A stretch of 64,000 bases of DNA from Candidatus Bathyarchaeota archaeon (GTDB lineage: Archaea; Thermoproteota; Bathyarchaeia; Bathyarchaeales; Bathycorpusculaceae). This document shows positions 30,376-41,214 of this stretch, piece by piece; within the stretch, counting starts at the first letter, position 1, and each line of letters begins with the position of its first letter. A model generated the notes under the pieces. That model was not told the DNA's origin, did no database searches, and saw only the letters and a program-made list of their open reading frames with translations. Location of the stretch: NCBI GenBank assembly GCA_963811105.1, contig CAWEPZ010000011.1, positions 384,001 through 448,000 of the forward strand. The letters run 5' to 3'. A program made the position numbers and the translations under genes.

Positions 30376-31005
30376 TTGACTAAATTGAGCGGGAAAACGA
30401 AGGTTTGTCTTGTTTCTTGTAGCGTTCTGAAAGAGGAACTTCTGCAACTTGTCAAACAAGGAAGCCTTGATACAGAGTTAGTTTTTGTCAGCAAATTCTT
30501 CCATATTGATTATGGAGAACTTGAGAAGAATTTGCGTAAAGTTCTAAAATATACCCTGAAACGTTTCAAAGGCAAAGTCGTACTCGTCTACGGTGACCTC
30601 TGCCTTGGGCAAAACGACGAAATGAAAAAGTTAGCAGACGAGTTTGGCGTGATTAAGGTTAATGCAGTTAATTGTATCGACTGCCAACTGGGTGGTAAAG
30701 GCGCTTTTTTTGAGGCTGACCCTGAGCATAATTTGATGTTTATGGGTCCGGGGATGATTGGTTTTTTCAAACATGCAAAAGACACGATGTTGAAAGAGGG
30801 TGTTGATGAGGCAGCTTTCCTGGGTATGTTTAGCGGTATTAAGGGATTTGTGTTGTTGGACACGTGTGGTGAGCCTGAAACAATGAGGGGCGAGTTGGAA
30901 GCGGCGGGTTTGAGGATTCCGATTTTGGAAACAAGGAAAATAGGGGTTAAAGGCGTTAAGCACGTGGTTCTAGATGCAATTCAACATGCCACCAGCGCCA
31001 AGTGA
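30376..31005 (+). CDS. DUF1638 domain protein
   Basis: SCSVLKEEL, FH, LVYGDLC and NCIDCQLG motifs. Confidence 0.8.
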   Translation: MTKLSGKTKVCLVSCSVLKEELLQLVKQGSLDTELVFVSKFFHIDYGELEKNLRKVLKYTLKRFKGKVVLVYGDLCLGQNDEMKKLADEFGVIKVNAVNCIDCQLGGKGAFFEADPEHNLMFMGPGMIGFFKHAKDTMLKEGVDEAAFLGMFSGIKGFVLLDTCGEPETMRGELEAAGLRIPILETRKIGVKGVKHVVLDAIQHATSAK

Positions 31006-31105
31006 CTCTGTTGTATGTTAAAAGTTAACTGATTGATTTTTGGAAGACTGTGAAGATACCGTAAATATTAAAGAAGCATCCGCACAATAGTCCAAAGCAT
31101 AACGT

Positions 31106-34100
31106 GTGGATGTGGCTTTGATGACTCAAACGGTACCCTCCCAACCTATGAAACGGGTTGAAGATTGGAAATCTCGATTAATTGATCTCTCAAGAAGAAA
31201 TAACCTTCTTTACTTCAAGAAAGACAAGCGAGGTAACCTTGTTATCTCGCAACCTGACCAACAGGCCGTCTTCAATGCTTTGGTGTTGAAAAAACGTCAT
31301 TTAGAAATCTGGGTACCTCCAGATGAAGCGAAAACTTCAGAAAAACCAGAAAAGGCAAAAGGCAAAGCAAAAGTCAGGGCTGCAAAAACGCCTGAAATAG
31401 CCAAAGCAAACGTGAAAGACGCGGGAATAGAAACACCTACAGCTCAAGAAGAACAGAAACCTCACCCTTCAACGAACCAACTGGTTTGCGAAAGCCTCTC
31501 CCGTTTAGAGCTTGAAAGAAGACTCAAAGGTTTGCAGTGGCGTTCACTTCTTGATTACCTTGAACGTGGTGTCCGCATTTTGCATGCTGCTTTCGGCACC
31601 CTAAACTGGGTTGATATGGAAACAAAAGAAAATGTTCAGTCGCCACTTATTCTTGTGCCTTTAGAGCTAACTCGGGATTCTATGCGTCAACCATATGCCA
31701 TCACGGTGCCGCCAGTTGAAGAAGAAGCTGTTTTAAACCCAGCCTTACAAGTCAAACTGAAGACTGATTATAAAATCGAATTGCCGCCTCTGCCTGAAGA
31801 ATGGGAAAAACAAAACCTTGCGGACTACTTTCACCTAGTTAACCAAGTTGTTGCAGAGATAGGATGGAAGGTAGAGCCATCAGTTAACCTTGGATTGTTT
31901 TCGTTCCAAAAACTCGTTATTTACAAAGACTTAGAAGCGAATGCTCAATTTGTTACGCAGCATCCAATAATCCGAGCAATAGCTGGCATGAAAGAAACCA
32001 ATCTAATTTTAGATGGTTTGCCAGAGGAAAAAGACGTTGATGAGATTGAGGCTCCTGCAAGAACCTACCAAGTACTAGACGCTGACAGTAGCCAGCGAGT
32101 TTCAATCGAATATGCATTACGCGGACAAAGCTTTGTAATGAAAGGCCCGCCTGGAACAGGAAAAAGCCAAACAATCGCAAACATAATTGCGGAATGCATC
32201 GCAAACGGAAAATCCGTACTTTTCGTCAGCGACAAAATGGCAGCCCTTGAAGTCGTTTACAAGCGCCTCAGCGAAGTGGGTCTAGCTCATTTCTGCCTTG
32301 AGCTTCACAGCAGCAAAGCTAACAAAAAGCAAGTTGTAGCAGAGCTTAAACGCAGTTTAGACGAGAATCTTGTGCCACGAAAGTTGCCGTCAGATCATGA
32401 ATTTGAGAAAATTACTCAATACCGTGAGACACTAAACAACTATGTTATTGCACTGCATGAGAAGCGTCAGTTTATGCAAAGAAGCGCCTTTGAAGTTTTG
32501 AGTTTGATCTCAGGCCTTGAACGGACCCCTTTTGTTGTTGTAGGGTTAACGGAATTGGGAACGCTAACGCCCCAGAAGATGCATGAGCTGGAAGAGCTGA
32601 TTTCGCAGCTGAGCAAAGTTTGGCAAGTAGTTGAAGAATCAGATTTTCCATGGCGTGGATACCGCGCAAACACTTACAATCTTGAAATTCGCTCCGAAGT
32701 ACTAACTGCGCTAGAAAACATAAACGAAAAACTAAATGAATTGCATCTTGAAGCAGAAAACTTCTCCGCTAAACTTGGCGTTTTTCCAGCTGAAACATTT
32801 GCACGAATAAAATGGCTGTTGGAAGTTAGCAAATTCCTCCTTGAAAGCCCTGGGCCCGAAGCGTATTGGCTAACCAATACCGACATCCCCAAACTAATCA
32901 GCGAAGCCAAAGCCTTTAATGAAACTAGCATTTGGATTAAAAATACACGAATCAACCTCATGGATCGGTACAACCCCTCGTTGTATACTTTGGTTCTTAA
33001 CAGGTCAACAGAAATTACACAGCAGCTTGAAGCGCTTAGTAAAATGTTGCCAGCGGTTGTGTTGGAAGAAGGCGAATTTTTTCAGAAAAGGGAGAAACTC
33101 TTAGCCTTCGTAAAAACAACGCAATTAACTGCAAGAAATTGGAGTGAAAACGCTCATGCACTAGCTCTAATGCTCGGGTTAGATGTTGAGGGCTTGACTA
33201 TTAAACAACTAAAAGAATTATCCAGGATAGCACAACTAGTCTTTGCCGACGATAAGCCTGAGGCTCAATGGTTTGACGCCAACTATTTTGCGCAGGTTCA
33301 AGAAACCGTGGAAAAGGCAAAACGGCTCTATCAAGACCACAACTTGCTCAGAAGCAGGCTAGATGAGACTTACAATGAGAGCATCTACAGCTTAGACCTT
33401 GATGAACTCATAGAAAAATACAGAGGACCATATCAAAGCGGCTTAAGAATATTCAACTCAACCTTCCGCAACGACCAAAAACAAATCGCCAAATTAACCA
33501 ACAACGGAAAAGTCCCAAAAAACATACTAAATGACTTAATTGATGCTAAAAAAGTCAAGAAATTATACGCCCAGATTGAGGAGCAGGCTGAAACAGTACG
33601 CACTTTATTGGGACATTTCTATCATAAGTACAGAACTGATTTTCAAGGTGCAGAAAAAGCTATAGAATTGACCAAAGAGATTCGCAAACTGTCTTGGGCA
33701 ACAAGAATTCCCGAAAACCTCCTTAATCTGATAACAAGCACAAGCAGTCCTTCGCCAATGATTAAGAACTTAGGTTTGGAACTGGCTGAGTCAGTTCAAA
33801 GATGGGAACAACAAAGAAAAGACTTAGAAGTGCTACTCCCAGCAACCCTGCCAAAATCTCTGAGCCCCATCACAGCAACACCTCTGACGCTCCTTGAATT
33901 GTGGGGAGCAGAAACCGAAAAGCAACTTAGCTCCCTTTGCACTCTGACAAAAGAGACATTGACCACGTGCAAGCAAGAGCCAAAGAGCTACAAGCAGCTT
34001 TTGGATGACCTTAAAAACGCTGAAGAAGTCCGAAAGAAAGAAGCCACGATCATTGGAGAAAAAGTACAACTCCAAACAAAATATGGCTCACGATTTAATG

Positions 34101-36796
34101 AGTTAGAAACAGACTGGCAAGACATTGTTAGTGTTCTTGAATGGACACAAAAAGTTCAAGCGACATTCCTTGACCTTCCAGTTCCACAAGCCTTTGCAGA
34201 TATTGCTGCTCAAGGACCAACTGCTGCACCCTCAAACACTGAACTGAATCAGAAAACCGATGCCTCTTTGAAGGCTTTAGACTATTTCGAAGCCAGATTT
34301 GACACAGAAATGAAATATCAAAACCAGAAACTAAAGGATTTAGAAGTCAATGTAATCGCCGACAGAATTCGAGCGCTTCGAGACCGCGTGGATGATTTAC
34401 AGGTTTGGATTGACTTCAAAGACGTTAAAAACCGCTTTGCTCTGCGAGGCCTAGACCAGTTTTTCACCCGTTTGACAGAACAGCGGCTTCCAGCTGCCGA
34501 CTTAATCGATGTTTTCCGCAAGGGCGTCTACCAAGAATGGATAAATAACCTCTACAATGAGGACCAGAAGCTGGGCAAGTTCAGGCGAGAAAACCATGAA
34601 CAGTTAATTGCTGACTTTAAGAAACTAGACCAAGATCTCATTAAGCTAACCTCCAGCATGGTTATAGAAAAGGCAAACAGTCGTAAACCCCAAGATATAC
34701 TGATACAAGCAGCCGATACTGAAGCTAACATTCTGCTTAAGGAAGCAGCGAAGAAACGGCAGCCAATGCCAATTCGGATACTGTTGCAAAAGATTCCTAA
34801 TCTACTTGTAAAACTCAAGCCTTGCCTTCTCATGAGTCCCATAACTGTTAGCCAATTCCTTCCAGCAGAAAACAACAAGTTTGACCTTGTCCTGTTTGAT
34901 GAAGCGTCGCAGATTGTTCCTGAGGATGCTATAGGCTCAATTTACCGTGGAAAAACCTTGGTTGTTGCAGGCGACAACAAGCAGTTGCCGCCTACATCGT
35001 TCTTCCAGAAAAACCTGATTGAAGATGTTGATTGGGACGAACTCAGTGACGAGGATGTCGAAGTCTTCGATAGCATACTGGATGAGTGCCTAGGCATTGG
35101 GTTACCAGTTAAAACTTTAAAATGGCATTACCGAAGCAGACACGAAGAGCTAATCGCGTTTTCAAACCACCAGTTCTACGATGATAATCTCATAACCTTC
35201 CCCGCGGCAAAAGCACAAACCGACAGCTTGGGCGTAAAACTAGTCTACGTCCCAGATGGTGTATATGACCGCGGAGGCAAACGAGACAACCAAGTCGAAG
35301 CAGAAAAAGTAGCAGACCTCGTATTCGAACACTTCCGTAACTACCCAAAGAAAACTCTTGGCGTCGTAACATTTAGCATAGCTCAAATGGAAGCTATTGA
35401 AGAAGCGATAGACCGCCGTCTCAAAGGCCAACCTTATTTTGAGCCATTCTTTAAAGAAGACCGATTAGAGGGTTTCTTCATCAAGAACTTAGAAAACGTT
35501 CAAGGCGACGAAAGAGACGTCATATTCTTCAGCGTAGGCTACGGTTATGATCAGCAGAAACTTATGGCGATGAACTTTGGTCCACTCAACAAACCTGGAG
35601 GCGAGAGACGCTTAAATGTAGCAGTCACTCGAGCCCGCGAAAAAGTGGTTCTAATAACGTCGATCAAAGTCACAGACATTGACCCTGAAACCAAAGCTGT
35701 CGGAGTACAAACTCTACGTTATTATCTTGATTACGCTGAGCATGGCCCAGAAACATTGAAGTCAATTAAGGCAAAAGAGAGCGAATTTGATTCAGCTCTA
35801 GACGAAGACGTAGCAGCAGAAATTAAAAAACAAGGCTACGAGATTGTTCCCCAAGTGGGCTGCAGCGGCTACAGAATCGACATCGGTGTAGTTGATCCTG
35901 TTAACCCCGGATCCTTCCTCTTAGGTGTGGAATGTGACGGCACTACATACAAATCCAGCAGTAGCGCACGAGATAGAGATCGCCTCCGAGATCAGGTTCT
36001 AATGCAACTAGGTTGGCGAATACATCGCATTTGGGCCCCAACGTGGGTTGCAAGACGAGACTCAGAAATTAGACGCTTAAAAGAATCCCTTGAACAAGCT
36101 CAACAGACCCAACTTGAAAAAGACACTCAAAAACCAATCATCGATACTAAAAACGATATGGCTCCAAAGACTGATGTCCAGAAAAATGAGTTTTCAGGAA
36201 TAGAAAAACTTGGCGCACCCTACAAAATTTACCCTCTAAAAGCAACATATAATCCTTACATAAAAGTCTCTACATACAATTCAAAACAGAAAAATGAGTT
36301 TCATTTCCCTGAAAATCGAGAAAACCAAACCAAGCTATTGGCGGAGCTTGTACAAAATGAAGGACCAGTACACTTTGATTATGCTGTCGAACGCCTAGCA
36401 GCAACTTGGAACATTAAAGATATAACTCCACAGATAACTCACGCTGTGAAAGAGGCACTTAGTAACTTGTTAAGAGAGCAAAAAGTGACAATAAAAGGCA
36501 GTTTCTTATGGTCGACTGAAATCAAAGAGACACCGATTCGAATTCCAGTGCAAGGCATCCCTGAATCCAGACGCAAAGCTGAATACATTGCACCTGAAGA
36601 AGTTGAGTCCGCCATGAAATTGGTTGCTCAATACGCTTTAGGTATAAGTCAGGATTCATTGATTGCTGAAACCGCTAAGGTGTTTGGTCTAAGCCATTCG
36701 GGCGAAGATTCAAAAGATGTGTTCTTCACAATATTGAAGCGGCTGGTAAGAGACAGAAAACTCGTTTGCAAAGACGATATCGTTACCGCTGCTTAA
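31106..36796 (+). CDS. DUF4011-SF1 helicase-Vsr-like nuclease-DUF3320 protein (Hhe-like)
   Basis: WKSRLIDLSRRNNLL, GPPGTGKSQTIAN, LMSP, FDEASQ, GDNKQLPP, WHYRS, ENVQGDERD, RRLNVAVTRA, YRIDIG..VECDG, EGPVH. Confidence 0.93.
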   Translation: MDVALMTQTVPSQPMKRVEDWKSRLIDLSRRNNLLYFKKDKRGNLVISQPDQQAVFNALVLKKRHLEIWVPPDEAKTSEKPEKAKGKAKVRAAKTPEIAKANVKDAGIETPTAQEEQKPHPSTNQLVCESLSRLELERRLKGLQWRSLLDYLERGVRILHAAFGTLNWVDMETKENVQSPLILVPLELTRDSMRQPYAITVPPVEEEAVLNPALQVKLKTDYKIELPPLPEEWEKQNLADYFHLVNQVVAEIGWKVEPSVNLGLFSFQKLVIYKDLEANAQFVTQHPIIRAIAGMKETNLILDGLPEEKDVDEIEAPARTYQVLDADSSQRVSIEYALRGQSFVMKGPPGTGKSQTIANIIAECIANGKSVLFVSDKMAALEVVYKRLSEVGLAHFCLELHSSKANKKQVVAELKRSLDENLVPRKLPSDHEFEKITQYRETLNNYVIALHEKRQFMQRSAFEVLSLISGLERTPFVVVGLTELGTLTPQKMHELEELISQLSKVWQVVEESDFPWRGYRANTYNLEIRSEVLTALENINEKLNELHLEAENFSAKLGVFPAETFARIKWLLEVSKFLLESPGPEAYWLTNTDIPKLISEAKAFNETSIWIKNTRINLMDRYNPSLYTLVLNRSTEITQQLEALSKMLPAVVLEEGEFFQKREKLLAFVKTTQLTARNWSENAHALALMLGLDVEGLTIKQLKELSRIAQLVFADDKPEAQWFDANYFAQVQETVEKAKRLYQDHNLLRSRLDETYNESIYSLDLDELIEKYRGPYQSGLRIFNSTFRNDQKQIAKLTNNGKVPKNILNDLIDAKKVKKLYAQIEEQAETVRTLLGHFYHKYRTDFQGAEKAIELTKEIRKLSWATRIPENLLNLITSTSSPSPMIKNLGLELAESVQRWEQQRKDLEVLLPATLPKSLSPITATPLTLLELWGAETEKQLSSLCTLTKETLTTCKQEPKSYKQLLDDLKNAEEVRKKEATIIGEKVQLQTKYGSRFNELETDWQDIVSVLEWTQKVQATFLDLPVPQAFADIAAQGPTAAPSNTELNQKTDASLKALDYFEARFDTEMKYQNQKLKDLEVNVIADRIRALRDRVDDLQVWIDFKDVKNRFALRGLDQFFTRLTEQRLPAADLIDVFRKGVYQEWINNLYNEDQKLGKFRRENHEQLIADFKKLDQDLIKLTSSMVIEKANSRKPQDILIQAADTEANILLKEAAKKRQPMPIRILLQKIPNLLVKLKPCLLMSPITVSQFLPAENNKFDLVLFDEASQIVPEDAIGSIYRGKTLVVAGDNKQLPPTSFFQKNLIEDVDWDELSDEDVEVFDSILDECLGIGLPVKTLKWHYRSRHEELIAFSNHQFYDDNLITFPAAKAQTDSLGVKLVYVPDGVYDRGGKRDNQVEAEKVADLVFEHFRNYPKKTLGVVTFSIAQMEAIEEAIDRRLKGQPYFEPFFKEDRLEGFFIKNLENVQGDERDVIFFSVGYGYDQQKLMAMNFGPLNKPGGERRLNVAVTRAREKVVLITSIKVTDIDPETKAVGVQTLRYYLDYAEHGPETLKSIKAKESEFDSALDEDVAAEIKKQGYEIVPQVGCSGYRIDIGVVDPVNPGSFLLGVECDGTTYKSSSSARDRDRLRDQVLMQLGWRIHRIWAPTWVARRDSEIRRLKESLEQAQQTQLEKDTQKPIIDTKNDMAPKTDVQKNEFSGIEKLGAPYKIYPLKATYNPYIKVSTYNSKQKNEFHFPENRENQTKLLAELVQNEGPVHFDYAVERLAATWNIKDITPQITHAVKEALSNLLREQKVTIKGSFLWSTEIKETPIRIPVQGIPESRRKAEYIAPEEVESAMKLVAQYALGISQDSLIAETAKVFGLSHSGEDSKDVFFTILKRLVRDRKLVCKDDIVTAA

Positions 36797-37473
36797 TTTC
36801 TATTTACTTCCTTTATTAGGACAGGCAAATCAGCTAATGAAGTTATGATGTAATTTGCTCCGTTACTTTTTAGCTGTTCAATTGTGGAAACGCCTGTTGG
36901 CAAACCTACGGCGATTGCTTTTAGTTCCTGGGCGCTTTGCATGTCCACGATACTGTCTCCAATTATTGCGGCGGTTTTTGGGCGTACACTTAGTGCTTTA
37001 AGCGCCAGTTCAAACTGCTCAGTGCTTGGTTTAACATATTTTACCTTATCTCTGGGAATGACAATTTGGAAGAAACCCCTTATTTTGAAGCGTTGAAGAA
37101 TGTAATTAGCTGCTTTTTCACTGCTAGTGGTGCATAAGCCAATCTTTAGTTTCATATCTTTTAGCTCCTTTAGCATTTCATGTGCACCCAACTGCAAATT
37201 TGTAGTTGATGCGGCTTCCATCTCGTATTTCTCAGCTATAGCCAACGATTGGCTACGAACTTCCTCAAATGCGTCGACAGTTTTACCTTTGTTTTTTAGA
37301 TAGATCTCTGTCTTTTTCAGCATTTCAAAAATGCTTTCATTGATGTCCAAAATAGACCCAGGAACGCTCATTCTTATGAGGTAGATTCGGACTTCTGCTC
37401 GTAAGGTTTTGAAGTTCAGGTTGAAATTCGCAAGTGTTCCATCTAAATCAAAGATTACTGCTTCTATAGCCAC
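36793..37473 (-). CDS. HAD-family hydrolase (phosphoglycolate phosphatase-like)
   Basis: FDLDGT, CTTS, KP and IGDS..D; GTG start at 37473 after AAGGAG. Confidence 0.9.
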   Translation of the reverse strand: MAIEAVIFDLDGTLANFNLNFKTLRAEVRIYLIRMSVPGSILDINESIFEMLKKTEIYLKNKGKTVDAFEEVRSQSLAIAEKYEMEAASTTNLQLGAHEMLKELKDMKLKIGLCTTSSEKAANYILQRFKIRGFFQIVIPRDKVKYVKPSTEQFELALKALSVRPKTAAIIGDSIVDMQSAQELKAIAVGLPTGVSTIEQLKSNGANYIITSLADLPVLIKEVNRN

Positions 37474-37560
37474 AAAGATATGCTCCTTTATCGGGTGAAA
37501 CTGGGTTAACTCTTGCCCAAACAAAAATATACTTTGCGGTGACTTCACTTTTTGGAACGC

Positions 37561-38532
37561 TCAAGGTGTTATTATGATTTTCAAAGGCTTCTCTGCTTGA
37601 TTATCAACCGTTTGCAATGCTTTTTCAAAGTCGTCAAGCTTGAACCTATGTGTTATAAGCCCATTTACGTCGACAAGTTTTCTGGCAATCAACTCCACCG
37701 CCGACGGATACTCAACTGGGGAAATGTAAATAGTAAAAAACATTGCTTCATCTGCATCCTCCAAGTTCAAGTACCCCTTAGATTCGCCTACCAAGGCGAC
37801 TTTGCCAGCTTTCCTAACCAAATAGGGTGTTTGCTCTACTGTGCTAATATTTCCTGCAGCTTCAATTACCAAGTCTGCCCCATGCTTTGTCAATTTCTTT
37901 ACAGTTTTAACCACGTTTTCTTCTTTCGCATTTATTACGGCATCAGCCCCATATTTTTGGCTTAGGTCAAGCCTATAATCCTCAAGATCTACTGCGATAA
38001 CTCGGCACCCCTTAAGTTTTGCCACTTGAGTCATGAGTAAGCCGATGGCTCCTTGCCCAATTATTGTTACCCAATTGCCAAGATTAGGCTTCATGTTGTC
38101 GATAACCCTTAAAGCCAAAGCAACTGGTTCCACAATGGCTGCCTCCTGATCACTGAGGTTTGCGGGTACGGGAACTAAGGCTCTCGGCAACATGGCTTTG
38201 GATTCAGCAAAGAAGCCGTCTCTTGTAAGACCGTAAAACTTGCCTCGGACACAATAGGTTGGTAATCCCCTTAGACAATAGAAGCAGTGACCGCAATTCA
38301 CTATGGGCACCATAACAACGCGCTCGCCCGTGTCCTCTCTGATTCCCCAAGCGTCATGCCCTATGATTCTGCCCTTCTTCATCCATTTCCAGTCGCCGCG
38401 GTACAGGTGCATGTCAGTGCCGCATATGCTTCCAGCTTTGAATTTCACTAGCACTTTTCTACCGGAAACTACTGGTTCTGTTACTTCTTCGATTTTGATG
38501 TTATGGGGTCCATGATAAACTGCAGCTTTCAA
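37561..38532 (-). CDS. Zn-dependent medium-chain alcohol/polyol dehydrogenase
   Basis: ICGTDMH, GHD, CGHCFYC..C, GQGAIG; likely TTG start at 38532. Confidence 0.92.
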   Translation of the reverse strand: MKAAVYHGPHNIKIEEVTEPVVSGRKVLVKFKAGSICGTDMHLYRGDWKWMKKGRIIGHDAWGIREDTGERVVMVPIVNCGHCFYCLRGLPTYCVRGKFYGLTRDGFFAESKAMLPRALVPVPANLSDQEAAIVEPVALALRVIDNMKPNLGNWVTIIGQGAIGLLMTQVAKLKGCRVIAVDLEDYRLDLSQKYGADAVINAKEENVVKTVKKLTKHGADLVIEAAGNISTVEQTPYLVRKAGKVALVGESKGYLNLEDADEAMFFTIYISPVEYPSAVELIARKLVDVNGLITHRFKLDDFEKALQTVDNQAEKPLKIIITP

Positions 38533-38653
38533 AAATGATCTAACCTCTGATAATTCAAAGCTACGAGAACGTGATATTAAGTTTATTGTGGGCTGCAAAT
38601 TTGCTTTGCGCTATGTTAATAACTTCAGTAATGCATGCATGATTTGAGAGAAC

Positions 38654-38866
38654 ATGAATTTGGAAGGATACACGAAAGAGCAGCTTTGGCAGTTGATTGT
38701 TGAGACAGTTCATGCTTCAGTAATGTACCCAACTCATAAGGCTTATACCCGTGACTGCATTTTGCCGCAGCAAGCTGATGTGACGGCAAATGAGCTTGCC
38801 CAAAGGCTTGGAATGCCGCTTGGTGAAGCAATGGTAATTCTCGGAGAGCTATCGGAAGTTAGGTAG
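38654..38866 (+). CDS. Small hypothetical protein, possible HTH
   Basis: TANELAQRLGMPLGEAMVIL. Confidence 0.6.
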   Translation: MNLEGYTKEQLWQLIVETVHASVMYPTHKAYTRDCILPQQADVTANELAQRLGMPLGEAMVILGELSEVR

Positions 38867-38944
38867 CTTCCAGCTCAGGCTGGTTGCAACCTCTTAGGCT
38901 TGTATTTTTCTGTCAAGCGTTATGTTATTTGAGCGCTTAGTTGC

Positions 38945-38968
38945 CGTTATGTTTATATATACACAACG
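38945..38968. promoter_or_regulatory. Putative ModE operator overlapping the tupA TATA box
   Basis: CGTTATGT-ttatatat-ACACAACG: 8-8-8 inverted repeat with 1 mismatch; TTTATATA at its centre. Confidence 0.75.
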
Positions 38969-38991
38969 TTCCCCTAAAAACAGTGAAAAAA

Positions 38992-40398
38992 ATGAACACT
39001 CCACAAAAAATTGTAGCAATTGCTTTAATAGTCATCATAATAACCGGAGTAGGCGCTTACGCCACTTACACATACATCCAAAACATACAGGAAAATAATC
39101 AGCCAACACCTACACCTACACCAACACCAACACCAACATCAACACCAACACCTTCACCGAGCCTATCTCCATCAACTTCTTCAAGTCCATCTCCATCACC
39201 ATCACCTTCCCCTATTCTGTCAGCATCGCCCTATCCAAGCCTTACAGCCTCACCAACCCCATCTCCAACCCCAACACCTAATCCTACAACATTAAACATT
39301 GCAACAACCACAAGTCTTCATGACACTGGGCTGGAAGACACGGGAATAAATGGCAACACAACGGATACCATAAAAGCAGCTTTCGAAACCAAATACCCGT
39401 GGATAACCGTTAACTTCGTTCCACTGGGAACCGGTGCCGCCATTGCCAGGGCGCAGGCAGGCGACGCCGACATGATATTAGTCCATTCCCCCTCACAGGA
39501 ACTCACATTCCTAACAGGCGGATATGGAGTTGACCGAAAAATCATAGCCTACAACTTCTTCACAATCGTCGGACCAGCAAACGACCCAGCAGGCATCAAA
39601 GGCAAAACCAACGTAACAGACGCCTTAATTACACTCTACACCGCAGCGCAAATTAATTCACAAGTACAATGGGTTGCAAGAAACGATAGCTCAGGAACAG
39701 CCACTGCAGAGCAGAACCTGTGGAAAGCAGCGGGTTATACCAATTACAATTCCTTGCTTGCACAAACCTCGTGGTTCCACGCAACTGGACAGGGAATGGG
39801 AGCAAGCTTGCTGGTAGCTAACAACGGTATCGGCGAGGGCTCACCCGCTTATATTCTCTCTGACATGGGCACATATTTAGCCTATTCTAAAGACGGTAAC
39901 ATTCCACAACTTACCATCGAAATTCAAAACCAACAAGCCCTACTAAACGTTTACAGCGCAATAATAGATAACCCGCAAAATACTGCTTTGGCAAATATCA
40001 ACTTTAACGCTGCACTAACATTCGTAAACTACCTAGTCTCTACCGAAGGTCAACAGTTGATTGCGAACTTTGGAACATCAACCTATGGCCAACAACTTTT
40101 CGTTCCATTCGTACCCTTAGTTAGCAGTACTGCCCCCAACCAGTTGCTCGATTGGATTAAAGCTTACGCCTACATCAATTCAACCAATCAAATTAGCGCC
40201 AGCGGCAGCACTGAATGCCCAGCAACCTTCCGATACAACGCAGGTACCCTATACTCACCATCATATGACACGCTTGCAGTCCAGAACTTAACGCCGCAAA
40301 TCAACTTGCCAAACTATTACCAAACAAACCAGCAACAATTCATGATTGCGCAATCATCCCCATACATCGAAGGCTATACTAAAACAAACATACTGTAA
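38992..40398 (+). CDS. tupA: Tungstate ABC transporter substrate-binding protein
   Basis: [28 protein letters not shown] and GQGMG; N-terminal TM + Pro/Thr/Ser linker. Confidence 0.92.
   Translation: MNTPQKIVAIALIVIIITGVGAYATYTYIQNIQENNQPTPTPTPTPTPTSTPTPSPSLSPSTSSSPSPSPSPSPILSASPYPSLTASPTPSPTPTPNPTTLNIATTTSLHDTGLEDTGINGNTTDTIKAAFETKYPWITVNFVPLGTGAAIARAQAGDADMILVHSPSQELTFLTGGYGVDRKIIAYNFFTIVGPANDPAGIKGKTNVTDALITLYTAAQINSQVQWVARNDSSGTATAEQNLWKAAGYTNYNSLLAQTSWFHATGQGMGASLLVANNGIGEGSPAYILSDMGTYLAYSKDGNIPQLTIEIQNQQALLNVYSAIIDNPQNTALANINFNAALTFVNYLVSTEGQQLIANFGTSTYGQQLFVPFVPLVSSTAPNQLLDWIKAYAYINSTNQISASGSTECPATFRYNAGTLYSPSYDTLAVQNLTPQINLPNYYQTNQQQFMIAQSSPYIEGYTKTNIL
39102..39290 (+). repeat. Coding low-complexity (PT)n/(PS)n linker
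   Basis: ccaaca/cctaca/ccatca hexamer repeats inside tupA. Confidence 0.8.
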
Positions 40399-40440
40399 AC
40401 TCAAAAGAAAAGCTCAAATTAAATCTCCCTCTATTTCTTT

Positions 40441-41214
40441 GTGATATCCATGGCTGATATTATCTTCAAATCCTTCGAGCAAGCATTAAACTTAATCACC
40501 AGCGGCAATTCCGAAATCTACGCAACCGTTTACCGAACGATCTATGTTGCAGGCATAGGTGCGCTCTTAGCATGTCTTTGGAGTATTCCAATCGCAGTGC
40601 TAATAGGCTTGTACAATTTTAGAGGAAAATGGGCAGTCAAAGGCATCTTCAACTCCCTCATAGGCATACCCACCGTTGCGCTTGGCTTGCTCTTGTATTT
40701 GCTATTATCAAGGCAGGGTGAATTCGGTTTTTTGCATCTCTTGTATACGCTTAACGGAATAGCCATTGGCGACGCTATTCTTGTCTCTCCGTTAATCATA
40801 AGCTTCACCGCCAACGCATTGGGGACAGCAGACATACAGTTACGAGATTTGGCTCGAACCCTTGGAGCGACAGGCTTAAGAACAAACCTTACACTTATCC
40901 GTGAAACAATGTGGTCTATGATACTTTCAATCACAGCAGCCTTTAACAGAGGCTTTGGAGAACTTGGCATCGCGACGCTCGTAGGCGCCAGTTTGTTGGG
41001 AAATGGTACAATATTCAGTGGAACCCGAGTGTTAACCACGGCTATCGCTTTGGAAACAAACTTTGGACGCTTCGACGTTGCCATGGCATACGCCATTATC
41101 CTTATGGCTATTGTAATTGCTTTAGCATTAACCCTCAGCTTAATAGAACGATTAAGGCAAGATGATGGATTAGGGGACAAGCTTCATTTCTGGAGAGGCT
41201 TAGGAGGAAGCTAA
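40441..41214 (+). CDS. tupB: Tungstate ABC transporter permease
   Basis: GIPTVALGLLLY; ARTLGA; TRVLTTAIALET. Confidence 0.9.
   Translation: MISMADIIFKSFEQALNLITSGNSEIYATVYRTIYVAGIGALLACLWSIPIAVLIGLYNFRGKWAVKGIFNSLIGIPTVALGLLLYLLLSRQGEFGFLHLLYTLNGIAIGDAILVSPLIISFTANALGTADIQLRDLARTLGATGLRTNLTLIRETMWSMILSITAAFNRGFGELGIATLVGASLLGNGTIFSGTRVLTTAIALETNFGRFDVAMAYAIILMAIVIALALTLSLIERLRQDDGLGDKLHFWRGLGGS

Noticed and set aside
39102-39290. Hexamer repeats as a contingency locus or CRISPR
   Set aside because: In-frame Pro/Thr/Ser linker typical of archaeal anchored binding proteins
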